Positions 37,512-46,251 of a stretch of DNA of 64,000 nt are shown here, in pieces. The notes below the pieces were generated by a model that worked only from the letters and a program-made list of their open reading frames with translations, was not told the DNA's origin and ran no database searches. Source of the DNA: a virus; the IMG/VR virus record IMGVR_UViG_3300023063_000002, positions 12,415-76,414 of that record, one strand, 5' to 3'. How positions within the stretch are numbered: the first letter of the stretch is position 1; every line of letters starts with the position of its first letter. The position numbers and the translations under genes are program-made.

Positions 37512-37972
37512 TATTTACTCCCTTTGAACTGTTTAATTACCCTAACTACTGAATCGTAATCTTCATTGTTACCAAATATCGAGTATCCGTTACTATACTC
37601 TAGTATTTCTTTGCCAACTTTATAAAGATTTTCATAACCTTTGCTGGATATAACAAGACGATCACCTTCATGACTGCAAGCAGCAATGGCACCTTCTACT
37701 ACCATTTGCATAGCTTCTTCACGTGGTACATCTAACTGCATATCTTTATTCCAGAGGACTTCCAGCTTTGTTAAGCCACCATCCTTGTCAATGAATGCTA
37801 ATTTCTTTCCTTCTTTCAAGCTCTCATCAACAATTACATAAAGTTTGATGGCTTCCCGGATGATCTCGGACTTGCTGATACCTTTCGAATCAGACTTTGA
37901 GTCAACCCTACGCCAATCTTCTGGACGTAAGTTGTAAGTCTTTGGTGAGGTTGTCGATTTACGTTTGAACAT
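37511..37972 (-). CDS. Ribbon-helix-helix (CopG-like) DNA-binding protein with C-terminal extension
   Basis: TYNLRPEDWRRVD....SKGISKSEIIREAIKLY. Confidence 0.6.
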   Translation of the reverse strand: MFKRKSTTSPKTYNLRPEDWRRVDSKSDSKGISKSEIIREAIKLYVIVDESLKEGKKLAFIDKDGGLTKLEVLWNKDMQLDVPREEAMQMVVEGAIAACSHEGDRLVISSKGYENLYKVGKEILEYSNGYSIFGNNEDYDSVVRVIKQFKGSK

Positions 37973-37980
37973 TTGGTGCC

Positions 37981-38184
37981 TTAAAATGCAGTTATGGTTA
38001 TTGATTTAACTTCATCCATACGAATTTCTGCGATAGAATCACCACAAGTAGTAATATGGTAATACTCAATTTCACTACCACGACCTACAAATTTGTAGAT
38101 GGATTTAGCACCGCAATATATCCATTCTTCACCGCGATTAAACTCTATGCTAATTCGCATTATAGTCACTCCTTTGTGTGGCAT
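37981..38184 (-). CDS. Hypothetical protein
   Basis: ORF; AAGGAG ribosome-binding site suggests a start at MRISIEF. Confidence 0.5.
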   Translation of the reverse strand: MPHKGVTIMRISIEFNRGEEWIYCGAKSIYKFVGRGSEIEYYHITTCGDSIAEIRMDEVKSITITAF

Positions 38185-38244
38185 TAGACTGCTGTGAATT
38201 CAATTTTTAAGCGATATCGGTTAGGATATCGCGGTTGTTACTGG

Positions 38245-38481
38245 CTAACGATTGTTACCATATGGCATACCGAGTGCTGGATGCATACTCATTCGACGTT
38301 TAGGGACTTGCAGAGGCTTCATCTCATAGTTAGCAGAGTCAACCCAAAGTACATTTACTGATCCATCCGCATTACAAATTACTGTACCAGCTGAGTAACC
38401 TTTACTACGCATCTCTTTGACTTTCTTTTCGTATAAGTATTGACTACCAATACGTTGGCCTAATTGTTCTGTAATAGCCAT
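38245..38481 (-). CDS. Hypothetical protein
   Basis: 78-aa ORF with AGAAAG ribosome-binding site. Confidence 0.55.
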   Translation of the reverse strand: MAITEQLGQRIGSQYLYEKKVKEMRSKGYSAGTVICNADGSVNVLWVDSANYEMKPLQVPKRRMSMHPALGMPYGNNR

Positions 38482-38499
38482 TTAGTTCTTTCTAAAGTA

Positions 38500-38667
38500 T
38501 TACTGTTTAAGTTGTGGGTATTTGTCTTCAATCTGTTTAATACGTCCTTTTGCCATTTCTATTACTACACGGCTAGTGGCATGGGTTAATAGTTCCTTCA
38601 TACGTGCATGTGAAGCTGCCTGAATTTCCCATACTTTTTGGTCATAACTATTTTTGGAATCTGACAT
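38500..38667 (-). CDS. Hypothetical 55-aa protein
   Basis: Hand translation MSDSKNSYDQKVWEIQAASH...YPQLKQ; CAGGA ribosome-binding site. Confidence 0.5.
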   Translation of the reverse strand: MSDSKNSYDQKVWEIQAASHARMKELLTHATSRVVIEMAKGRIKQIEDKYPQLKQ

Positions 38668-38677
38668 ATAATTCCTG

Positions 38678-38752
38678 AAAAAAAAAAAAAAAGAATTAAG
38701 CCCTTAGATAATTACAAACCACCATACAGGGATTCATAATTATCTAAGGGCT
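38678..38752 (-). terminator. 15-bp-stem hairpin followed by a T15 tract
   Basis: GCCCTTAGATAATTA/TAATTATCTAAGGGC inverted repeat; A15 at 38678-38692 on the plus strand. Confidence 0.65.
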
Positions 38753-38960
38753 CAAAAATTTAACCCTTCATCAATCCAATTAAGGAAAGTGAAGGGTTAA
38801 CAAACATCTCGTTGCTAGATAGTACAACAACTTTTATAACGGTGTAGCATTGAAAGCCGTTAGTGAATAGTTTGAACTTGAGATATTTAGATGCCTAGGA
38901 CGGGTACCAGGACTTATTTGAGTCTCTACCAACTATCAATTGGTGAGAAACCCCGTACAA

Positions 38961-39422
38961 TTAATACTCTTCGGCAGCAGCTGGGACTTCAGCAACCACT
39001 TCTGGGACTGGATCGGCAGCAACAGCCGGATCAGCGATGATTTCTTTCTTAGCGCGAGCAGCCTTCATTTTGGCTTTCGTTTCTTCGGTCACTGGAGCAC
39101 GTTCAACTTTAGCAGCATCGAATGCTTTGACCAGTTCAGCTTTCGAAGCCAGCAGGAATTCAGCCAGGGTTTGTGGAACCACTGCATCATTGCCATCAGC
39201 GTCTTTACCAGCTTGGGTACCAGTGAACAGAGCAGCAACAGCAGCAACAGCTTCGACAACCAGATAGCTACGGACGTGCTCACCCGCTTCTTTTTGCGTT
39301 TCGAAGATCAGACCATCAGGCGTTTGGAATTGAGCCAGTTTCTTGAACAGAGCTGGTTTCTTGGCAACGATTGGAGCGGCTTCGTTGGTATCCAGGACTT
39401 GGTTTTCGGTAGCGTTGGTCAT
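38961..39422 (-). CDS. Ala/Lys/Glu-rich hypothetical protein, probably highly expressed
   Basis: Strong codon bias like the capsid gene; downstream of two promoter copies; AGAAAG ribosome-binding site. Confidence 0.7.
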   Translation of the reverse strand: MTNATENQVLDTNEAAPIVAKKPALFKKLAQFQTPDGLIFETQKEAGEHVRSYLVVEAVAAVAALFTGTQAGKDADGNDAVVPQTLAEFLLASKAELVKAFDAAKVERAPVTEETKAKMKAARAKKEIIADPAVAADPVPEVVAEVPAAAEEY

Positions 39423-39716
39423 GATGTAAATCTTTCTAAATGATATTAAATGGGTTGTTTAACTACTGTATTGTTACTATGTATTGCTTCTTGTGATCGG
39501 TAAATAGACTTTATTGCTATTGTCTTTCTTCCTTTCATATAAGATACCTCAATTCCCGCAATATCTTTGTGGTGAACGAGGTATCTATACAAATAACGAA
39601 ATACAATTGAATACAACTAAAGTACTGTTAGTGCAGTACTCAGACCCGCTTACTTCGAAGTATAGCCCTCCAGGCCAAGTTCAAAAAGTCGTCGATCTTT
39701 TCCTGCTCCCATTACT

Positions 39717-39736
39717 GGGTTAAGTTAACGGGTTCG
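39717..39736 (-). promoter_or_regulatory. Putative phage RNAP promoter (tandem copy 2)
   Basis: CGAACCCGTTAACTTAACCC, whose last bases begin a CCCA-GTAA-TGGG hairpin. Confidence 0.68.
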
Positions 39737-39787
39737 TTTGCTGCCTTCAGCGGGCGTGTCACGAGGCCTGTTCAACCTACCCTTTCA

Positions 39788-39807
39788 GGGTTAATTTAAC
39801 GGGTTGG
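39788..39807 (-). promoter_or_regulatory. Putative phage RNAP promoter (tandem copy 1)
   Basis: CCAACCCGTTAAATTAACCC, whose last bases begin an ACCCT-GAAA-GGGT hairpin. Confidence 0.7.
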
Positions 39808-39821
39808 CAATACTCGACGAA

Positions 39822-39992
39822 CTACCAGCCACTTGCCTCTTGGACCTTCACGGGCTTTTTAGGCGCAGGTTGGACCGGCTCGGTACCAGGTTGGTCGCTG
39901 GTGACGCCGTTGGGATCTTCGCCGGGGAAACTGTGGGCAAAGTCCTCGGCAGCCAGAGCGGCCAAAAGTTGGGCCTTGAAGTCATCACTCAT
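39822..39992 (-). CDS. GC-rich 56-aa hypothetical protein
   Basis: Hand translation MSDDFKAQLLAALAAEDFAHSFPGEDPNG...ASGW; AAGGA ribosome-binding site. Confidence 0.5.
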   Translation of the reverse strand: MSDDFKAQLLAALAAEDFAHSFPGEDPNGVTSDQPGTEPVQPAPKKPVKVQEASGW

Positions 39993-40258
39993 TCTTGATA
40001 TCCTTTACGTATTGGTCTTTTATAATAGAACTCTTGAATGTTTATGGCACGTATAACATCTTGTCTGCGTTTAAGGGCTTCATTACTGGGTGCACAAAGT
40101 AGTAGATTGACTGCCTTGGTATAAGGCTTATCACCTGGCATGATACCCATCTCAGCACCCTTAATACAAGCAAAGATACGCTTAACTACAGCTATTTCTC
40201 CTCTAGTCAAAGGATACCTTGTTTGACCTATACAGAATGGAATAGCTACTGCCTTCAT
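39989..40258 (-). CDS. Hypothetical protein
   Basis: 89-aa ORF. Confidence 0.5.
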   Translation of the reverse strand: MKAVAIPFCIGQTRYPLTRGEIAVVKRIFACIKGAEMGIMPGDKPYTKAVNLLLCAPSNEALKRRQDVIRAINIQEFYYKRPIRKGYQE

Positions 40259-40518
40259 TATGCCAACTCTACTGGCTCAACCTTAGAAGCATTAATTACC
40301 TTGGAGTACTCGTTCACAATATCAAGACTGCATTTCTTGTGATCTTCTTTAGCAATATTGAGCATACTCTTTGCCATGATAAAACTTTGTTGGGCTTTCT
40401 GAAGATACTTAGTAGAAGCTTCCAAGGCATTTTGGTAATCGCCAAGTGATTTAGTTACAGTCATAGCTACACCAATGTTTGCATTTACGTTGATTGCTGC
40501 TTTGGTTACTTTGGTCAT
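40258..40518 (-). CDS. Hypothetical coiled-coil protein
   Basis: 86-aa ORF with AGAAAG ribosome-binding site. Confidence 0.55.
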   Translation of the reverse strand: MTKVTKAAINVNANIGVAMTVTKSLGDYQNALEASTKYLQKAQQSFIMAKSMLNIAKEDHKKCSLDIVNEYSKVINASKVEPVELA

Positions 40519-40561
40519 GATTGTTACTTTCTATTTAAATTGAATTATATTGTTACTAGAG

Positions 40562-40843
40562 TTATACTGAACGAAACCAGTTAAGGTAACGCATATCATC
40601 CATGCCATGTTTCTTATTGATGATTTTACGATTAATAATACGCTGATCCTGAATAAGTGTACCAATCATGATCTTGTCGGTCTTTTGTTCAAAACGGTTT
40701 TTAGGCAAAATACTCTTCATAACATCTAATGTTTCTTGATTATAGTACCAGGTAATGCCATTGACAATTGCCCTTTCAGCATATGCAATATCTTTGGCAC
40801 GCATATCAATTTGGGATTGTAGCTTACGAATTTCTTCTATCAT
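40562..40843 (-). CDS. Hypothetical protein, paralog of 40863..41186
   Basis: IRKLQSQIDMRA...KKHGMDDMRY. Confidence 0.6.
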   Translation of the reverse strand: MIEEIRKLQSQIDMRAKDIAYAERAIVNGITWYYNQETLDVMKSILPKNRFEQKTDKIMIGTLIQDQRIINRKIINKKHGMDDMRYLNWFRSV

Positions 40844-40862
40844 GATTTCTTTCTACTAAATA

Positions 40863-41186
40863 CTACAGTGAGTCCCACCACTTACTCCGGAATACCCAAT
40901 CAGAGTAGCGTTCATCATTCATACCGTGTTTCTTGCCAACTTTCTTGGGATTACGATCTTTCTTAATAAGCTCTGCAATTTCACTCTTCTCCAGAGTTTG
41001 GATGCTACGGAGAATAGAAATACCTCTCACATGGCTATCTTGTGTTCTTAGCCAGAGAGCTTTCGCTGTATCACTAAGTCTATGGTACGGTTTTGCATCA
41101 ATCCAACTTTCTGCTAATTGGATAGTATTGGCACGTATATCAATTTTAGATTGTAGCTTCCTAATTGCTTTACGCATATTGTTCAA
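40863..41186 (-). CDS. Hypothetical protein, paralog of 40562..40843
   Basis: IRKLQSKIDIRA...KKHGMNDERY. Confidence 0.6.
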   Translation of the reverse strand: MNNMRKAIRKLQSKIDIRANTIQLAESWIDAKPYHRLSDTAKALWLRTQDSHVRGISILRSIQTLEKSEIAELIKKDRNPKKVGKKHGMNDERYSDWVFRSKWWDSL

Positions 41187-42076
41187 GCCTTGGCAAGATA
41201 ATGAGTACGTGGGACGGAAAAGCCTGCTGCATGTTTATGACCGCCTCCACCGAAGTAAGCAGCGATAGTAGACACATCACCACCTGTACCCTTCATACTA
41301 CGAAGACTAAATTTACGTTCTTTATCTGTATCATAGTAAGTACCTACAAACCATTCAGGGCATGCTACATACAGAGCCTCACCTACCTCAGAGGCCAGTT
41401 CACCCGATGCGTTACAAATTGGGAAATGGTAATCACAGCCATTTACATCCATGGTCATGATACGCTGATTAGTCTTGATAATACTTGCTACATCCTTCTG
41501 AGTCTTACGATTAATTACCCTCCCTTCCTCATAAAGATCTTCTATCTCTTGACCCATGAGGGAGTCCCATACTTCAAACTCAAATGGGTAAGAAAATACT
41601 GCTGCCATGATTTCTTTAGTACCATGAATTTCAAACTTCCAAAGATCACGATCCTGGATATGGCGAATAAGTTCAGGTGGTGTTTCTTGGAGCATACTAG
41701 GGTTAGACATTGAATCAACGAAGTCCCAAGCAAGCATGGCGCCTGAGTGTTCATTATCAAAGCATTTAAGGAAGTTATCAGCTTCTAAACCATCTAAATC
41801 TTTACGAGCAGACTCATGATGATCAATCCAAGTAATATGTTTGGCTGCAAAGATCAAGCCCTCCATTACTGAACGTTTGTAACTAAAGTCTACAATATAT
41901 ACTTCACGATCTGTCACATCTGGAGTTGGTTTACCATAGTGACCAGCAAAATACTCAAATGAATCGCCAAACTGATTCCAGAAACACCAAGCAGCACCAA
42001 AGCCATCAGTACAATTACCGTGATAAATAACCAATGGTTTGAGGGCTTCTTTTGCAGGTGTTTGGGCAATGTTCAT
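41183..42076 (-). CDS. DHH/DHHA1-family phosphoesterase
   Basis: YHGNCTDG, VDFS, WIDHH, DRDLW and GGGGHKHAAGF motifs. Confidence 0.85.
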   Translation of the reverse strand: MNIAQTPAKEALKPLVIYHGNCTDGFGAAWCFWNQFGDSFEYFAGHYGKPTPDVTDREVYIVDFSYKRSVMEGLIFAAKHITWIDHHESARKDLDGLEADNFLKCFDNEHSGAMLAWDFVDSMSNPSMLQETPPELIRHIQDRDLWKFEIHGTKEIMAAVFSYPFEFEVWDSLMGQEIEDLYEEGRVINRKTQKDVASIIKTNQRIMTMDVNGCDYHFPICNASGELASEVGEALYVACPEWFVGTYYDTDKERKFSLRSMKGTGGDVSTIAAYFGGGGHKHAAGFSVPRTHYLAKA

Positions 42077-42137
42077 ATTTATCCTAGTTGGAGTTATATT
42101 TAGTTATGGATACTGCTGTTTAACTACTTCGTTACAT

Positions 42138-42416
42138 TTAATCTACTGTAAACTGTTTAGTGCTAATTGCTTCAAAGAATTCTTCACGAGTACCTACTGC
42201 CCTGCGGCTTGTAAAACGGATGTGTCTAAATCCGTGAGATCCTCTTTTTGGACCCATATCTTTAGAGTGTGTAAAATAAATACTCCATTCAAAGCGGTCT
42301 TTATTAAAGTCTTCGACAACGAATGCAGTCATTAGCCCTTTACGACGAATCTTTACCTTGTCACCACTTTTGATAGCTTTAAATTCTTCAAGAGTTGCTG
42401 TATGTAAATTAAGCAT
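42138..42416 (-). CDS. Hypothetical protein
   Basis: Start revised to MLNLHTAT to avoid a long overlap with the next gene. Confidence 0.5.
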   Translation of the reverse strand: MLNLHTATLEEFKAIKSGDKVKIRRKGLMTAFVVEDFNKDRFEWSIYFTHSKDMGPKRGSHGFRHIRFTSRRAVGTREEFFEAISTKQFTVD

Positions 42417-42759
42417 TGTTTTCCTTATACATGGCGGTAATACGATCTTGAGTATCTTTAGCCAAATCAAACCAAAGCATTGGAGAAATGAATGCAGTGT
42501 TATCTTCAGTAGTGGGACGACCACCTTCAATAATTGTGCCAGCATACGACTGAATTGCGGCCATAATAAACACTTGGCTCATAGCACCGAACTTGCTGTA
42601 GTTCATGAGTTGTTCCATGATTTCTACGTTACTACGATGAACTGGTGCCCCAATACCCTTAGCAATCAGTTGTTCGCGAAGGCTAAGCTTACTCTTTTTG
42701 TCTTCTTTAAATTCTAGAACATTGCTAGGAATTTCATTGGCTTTGTTAAAATAGTTCAT
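42409..42759 (-). CDS. Hypothetical protein
   Basis: 116-aa ORF with AGAAAG ribosome-binding site; SN.E....LM.YS..GA..Q.FI..AI..YA pattern. Confidence 0.55.
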   Translation of the reverse strand: MNYFNKANEIPSNVLEFKEDKKSKLSLREQLIAKGIGAPVHRSNVEIMEQLMNYSKFGAMSQVFIMAAIQSYAGTIIEGGRPTTEDNTAFISPMLWFDLAKDTQDRITAMYKENNA

Positions 42760-42780
42760 TTGTTGCTTTCTATATAAATG

Positions 42781-42801
42781 GAGAAAGAGCCCGAAGGCTC
42801 T
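42781..42801 (-). terminator. Intrinsic terminator with cUUCGg tetraloop
   Basis: AGAGCC-TTCG-GGCTCT followed by TTCTC on the minus strand. Confidence 0.7.
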
Positions 42802-42832
42802 ATTTGTTACTGTCTAATATTACAAATTACAA

Positions 42833-43645
42833 TTAACGTGAACCATTTTCTTCATCAACATCATCTTCATGAGCGAAGCCATCAATACTGTCAAACGCTT
42901 CTTTGATGAATGTACCGTAGTCATAAGGGAGACTCTCACCAAACTTACTCTGCATATGGGGAGCATCAAACAAGTTCTGAAGATAGGAAGTATCAATACC
43001 CATCAGTTGTTCCTTGAGTTGTTTATAAGTCTCAATCTTCAAGCGTACAATACAAAGAGCAATGTGCATAACAGTACTGCCAGGCATAGTGTAACCCTTA
43101 GCTTGGTACTTCTTAGTACGGTACATGGCGCAAATAGGAAACATAGACTTGCCGAGAAAGATAAGCTTACGACGAGCAATATCTTGGAGGAACCGATCAC
43201 CCAAAACAAAGTCATTATTAAAGAAGTCATATGAACCTTGAGTGATAGTGAAGTCGAACCAATCCATGATTTGTTCAGGGCTACCATGGAAGCGTGTGAT
43301 GAATTGGATATTGTAAACGTGGTTAGAGCGAGTAGACCTACGTTTGTAAGTCAGAGCATTGCTACTTTCAAAACTTGGATTGCCACAAAATCCTTGGAAG
43401 AATGCCTTTACCTTGTTGACTGATTGTGAGTCACTATACTTACAATAGAAATCAAGATCATTAATATTGAGGTTACTAAATACACTAGTAATAGCGCCAC
43501 CTGCTAGGATAATACCCAAACTTGCCATCTCATCCATTACTGTATCAACTGACACACCACTAATATCTTGGTATGAATTCATTTTAACACCGAAGAATTT
43601 AGCAATTGCTTTACGGACTTTAGATTGTTCGAGTTGATAGTTCAT
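42833..43645 (-). CDS. Nucleotidyltransferase (CCA-adding/poly(A) polymerase head-like)
   Basis: LAGGAITSVF...NDLDFY (GG..DxD) and FDFTI, resembling the RDFTIN motif. Confidence 0.65.
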   Translation of the reverse strand: MNYQLEQSKVRKAIAKFFGVKMNSYQDISGVSVDTVMDEMASLGIILAGGAITSVFSNLNINDLDFYCKYSDSQSVNKVKAFFQGFCGNPSFESSNALTYKRRSTRSNHVYNIQFITRFHGSPEQIMDWFDFTITQGSYDFFNNDFVLGDRFLQDIARRKLIFLGKSMFPICAMYRTKKYQAKGYTMPGSTVMHIALCIVRLKIETYKQLKEQLMGIDTSYLQNLFDAPHMQSKFGESLPYDYGTFIKEAFDSIDGFAHEDDVDEENGSR

Positions 43646-43712
43646 TGTTTGTTACTTTCTATGTAATTTGAATTATGGTGTTACTGTTACTGTTTAATTG
43701 CTGACTACTATA

Positions 43713-44012
43713 TTAAAAAGAGCTTTCGACTGTACCGAGGTATGCTGATGTTCTCATCATATTCCAAGTACGATTCTTTTTAGCCTCCATGGCACGATTG
43801 ATATCTTCTTCAGTCATGCTATCAAGAACACCCGTCATTTTAATCAGAGTGAGTACATCAATGACTTCTTGTTGTAAACCTTTAAAGTTAGATTGACGTG
43901 TAAGTGGATTGATGTGGTTCATACCGAATCGTTCACACTTTGAAAGACCTTGAACTACTTCTGCACATTCTTCACCTAAGATTGTGAACAGCATTTCTTT
44001 GATTGTCTTCAT
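43713..44012 (-). CDS. MazG-like NTP pyrophosphohydrolase
   Basis: LGEECAEVVQ..SK..RFG...QQEVIDV acidic helical motif. Confidence 0.6.
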   Translation of the reverse strand: MKTIKEMLFTILGEECAEVVQGLSKCERFGMNHINPLTRQSNFKGLQQEVIDVLTLIKMTGVLDSMTEEDINRAMEAKKNRTWNMMRTSAYLGTVESSF

Positions 44013-44025
44013 TACTTCTTTCTAA

Positions 44026-44937
44026 TTAAGATGCATGCTCAGGTGACCAGAATCCTTTGGCGCGAGGCTGTCTTGGCATATCTTTAGCACCAATTGGGAA
44101 ATGGCGGAAGCGCAACCAGGTATTAAGATATTTAAACTGGTTATCCCAAATCTCTTGCCGTTCGTCATGCTTGAAAGAACCAGGTCCAACTTTGATTACT
44201 TGACCTTTGAACAATACCAAGAACTTACCAAGAGTTCCTGCAAGTACTTTGTTCTCTTGATGGCTAGTACGTTTAGCAAATCCAAGTTCATTGTCAATCT
44301 TTGGATTGTTATTCGTAAAGCCTTCTTCAAACCCTACAATCAAGCCCTCTTCATCAACTGGTCGTTTAAGCTTTTTAATGATCCATTCTTTATAAGTAGC
44401 ACGATTATGCTTGTAAACACCTTCATAGTTACGAAGCATAAGGCCTTCAAACCCAGATTCAAGTGCCTTCTCCTCATACACAAATAGCTGCTCTAAATCA
44501 AGTATTTCTTTTTGGTAAACAAGCTTAACCTGCGGATCATTAAGCTCCAACCATTTTTGGTGCAAATAGGAGTAACGAGCTTTGAATGGCCAATGAGCCT
44601 TACTTTCTTCAGCCCAATCAAATACATAGAACTTTAGATCAGGATGTACTTTCTGGTTAACCCCTGACATGATATAGCTTTGAGCAGTGTTGTAAACATC
44701 TTCTGCTACTGGTGAGCCACAGATAAGTTCACCATCCATCTCTTGACACTTACTAAACATCTCTTGGGCTTGAGCACTTGGAATATCTTTGTAATTACGG
44801 GATTTCAAAACACCATCTTTACCAATACCTCGTATGCCATCAAATTTGTAAGAAGCCAACAGAGGAAATGTAAGATCATCAAAGAATGTTGGCGTATTGA
44901 GTGGATCATTGTTAGGGCTAAGAAGAGGTCTGAACAT
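44026..44937 (-). CDS. ATP-dependent DNA ligase
   Basis: Motif I SYKFDGIRG, MDGEL, FYVFD, motif IV EGLMLR, KLK. Confidence 0.9.
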   Translation of the reverse strand: MFRPLLSPNNDPLNTPTFFDDLTFPLLASYKFDGIRGIGKDGVLKSRNYKDIPSAQAQEMFSKCQEMDGELICGSPVAEDVYNTAQSYIMSGVNQKVHPDLKFYVFDWAEESKAHWPFKARYSYLHQKWLELNDPQVKLVYQKEILDLEQLFVYEEKALESGFEGLMLRNYEGVYKHNRATYKEWIIKKLKRPVDEEGLIVGFEEGFTNNNPKIDNELGFAKRTSHQENKVLAGTLGKFLVLFKGQVIKVGPGSFKHDERQEIWDNQFKYLNTWLRFRHFPIGAKDMPRQPRAKGFWSPEHAS

Positions 44938-45116
44938 TATTGTTCTCTTTATTGAATAAGTTGTTATCGAACGCTTCTTGCTTTAATGCATCAGACATTT
45001 GACGTAGTGCTAGTTTATACAAGAACTCTTTTAAAGCTGGGCTAGACTCTTTAGTGGATGCAAACTTGACACTGTTTAGTTTGTTCATATTGTCTCTAGT
45101 TAATACTGTTTAAGTT

Positions 45117-45305
45117 CTAAAGTAATATAAAATACAGAATATAGAACCAACTGAGTAACGAATGAACCATCGCCCAGAGAATACTGTGATTGACTTCCCA
45201 ACTGAGAATTGCTGCTATCAGCTGGCCAAGTGTAATGAACCAATACAAAGGTCCACGTACTTTTGGTGGCTTAATGATTGTTACTTGAGTAATCTGAATT
45301 GCCAT
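45117..45305 (-). CDS. Small membrane protein
   Basis: Two hydrophobic segments; SWEVNHSILWA motif. Confidence 0.55.
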   Translation of the reverse strand: MAIQITQVTIIKPPKVRGPLYWFITLGQLIAAILSWEVNHSILWAMVHSLLSWFYILYFILL

Positions 45306-45311
45306 TTTATC

Positions 45312-45773
45312 CTAAGATAGAGTATAAGCTGTTTTGCCCCAATTACTGCATTTAAGAACTTCTACACGCCTTTCGTAACCGTAATCCTGATTCAAGTCTG
45401 ATGTGAGCCAAACATCTCCCAAACGGCTAGCACCAGTGCAACGGTAGCGTACACCCTCATAGTCACAGAAGAGCTTGTGCTCTCGCATGGCCTTAGCAAA
45501 AGCCATTTGAAGAGTTGCCGGAGAACGTTTGTAAAAGAGGAACCAGCGTGCGTAATTGATTTCATCTTGTTCACTTTCTGTTAATTTGTGGTAATTGACT
45601 GGGCCGTAGTCAATCCAATCATCTATATGTGTACTGGTGTTAGGTATTGCTGCGTTAAGTTTATCTGCTACTAAGTCGTTGCAAGGCATTGGCATTTTGT
45701 TGTCCTGTTTAAATACCCAGTAATTAATTACTTGAACTAAACTTTTGTACGACATTGGTTTAGTCATAACCAC
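45312..45773 (-). CDS. Hypothetical protein
   Basis: YRCTGASRLGDVWLTSD motif. Confidence 0.6.
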   Translation of the reverse strand: MVMTKPMSYKSLVQVINYWVFKQDNKMPMPCNDLVADKLNAAIPNTSTHIDDWIDYGPVNYHKLTESEQDEINYARWFLFYKRSPATLQMAFAKAMREHKLFCDYEGVRYRCTGASRLGDVWLTSDLNQDYGYERRVEVLKCSNWGKTAYTLS

Positions 45774-45960
45774 ACCCTGTTCTGCCGTTCTTCATTGGCA
45801 AAGGTTTAGGGCATGGTACTCCTTTGTCTTCTGTACCATCGAACTCATATAACTTGCCACCACATACATTACAAAGAGCCCAAGCGTTCTGAAGTACTGC
45901 TAGCCTATAGGTATTTCTTTGTTTATACCAGTCTTGGGTAGACTGTTTAACTTCACTCAT
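45760..45960 (-). CDS. Small Cys-containing protein
   Basis: CNVC, CPKP and GCG motifs. Confidence 0.5.
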   Translation of the reverse strand: MSEVKQSTQDWYKQRNTYRLAVLQNAWALCNVCGGKLYEFDGTEDKGVPCPKPLPMKNGRTGCGYD

Positions 45961-46244
45961 GCTGCCAACCGGTCATCTTCGTACATATCATCATTGGCAG
46001 AATCTCCATGATTAATATCTGGCTCTGGTCGTTTACGAAGTTGATGTGGTAATGGCCCACAAACAAAACCATCACTAAACTCTACACGATACCTTAATAC
46101 ATTTTCCTGAGTCGTCATATCATCATTAATGATACCCGTAAACTGAAGGCTATTCAGAATAGTACACTCTTCACCATTACGCTCTGGGAATACATTGAAA
46201 TACTGAGCGATTGCTATATCACCTTCTTTAAGAAAATTACTCAT
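45957..46244 (-). CDS. Hypothetical protein
   Basis: 95-aa ORF. Confidence 0.55.
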   Translation of the reverse strand: MSNFLKEGDIAIAQYFNVFPERNGEECTILNSLQFTGIINDDMTTQENVLRYRVEFSDGFVCGPLPHQLRKRPEPDINHGDSANDDMYEDDRLAA

Positions 46245-46251
46245 ATTACTC

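Noticed and set aside
38503-38510. TTAAACAG copies at 38503, 37529, 45943 and within TMP counted as intergenic modules
   Set aside because: They lie inside coding sequence (Lys-Gln codons) and may be incidental.
39651-39690. Sigma70 promoter TTGAAC...TATACT
   Set aside because: The spacer is 14 nt, too short for a canonical -35/-10 pair.
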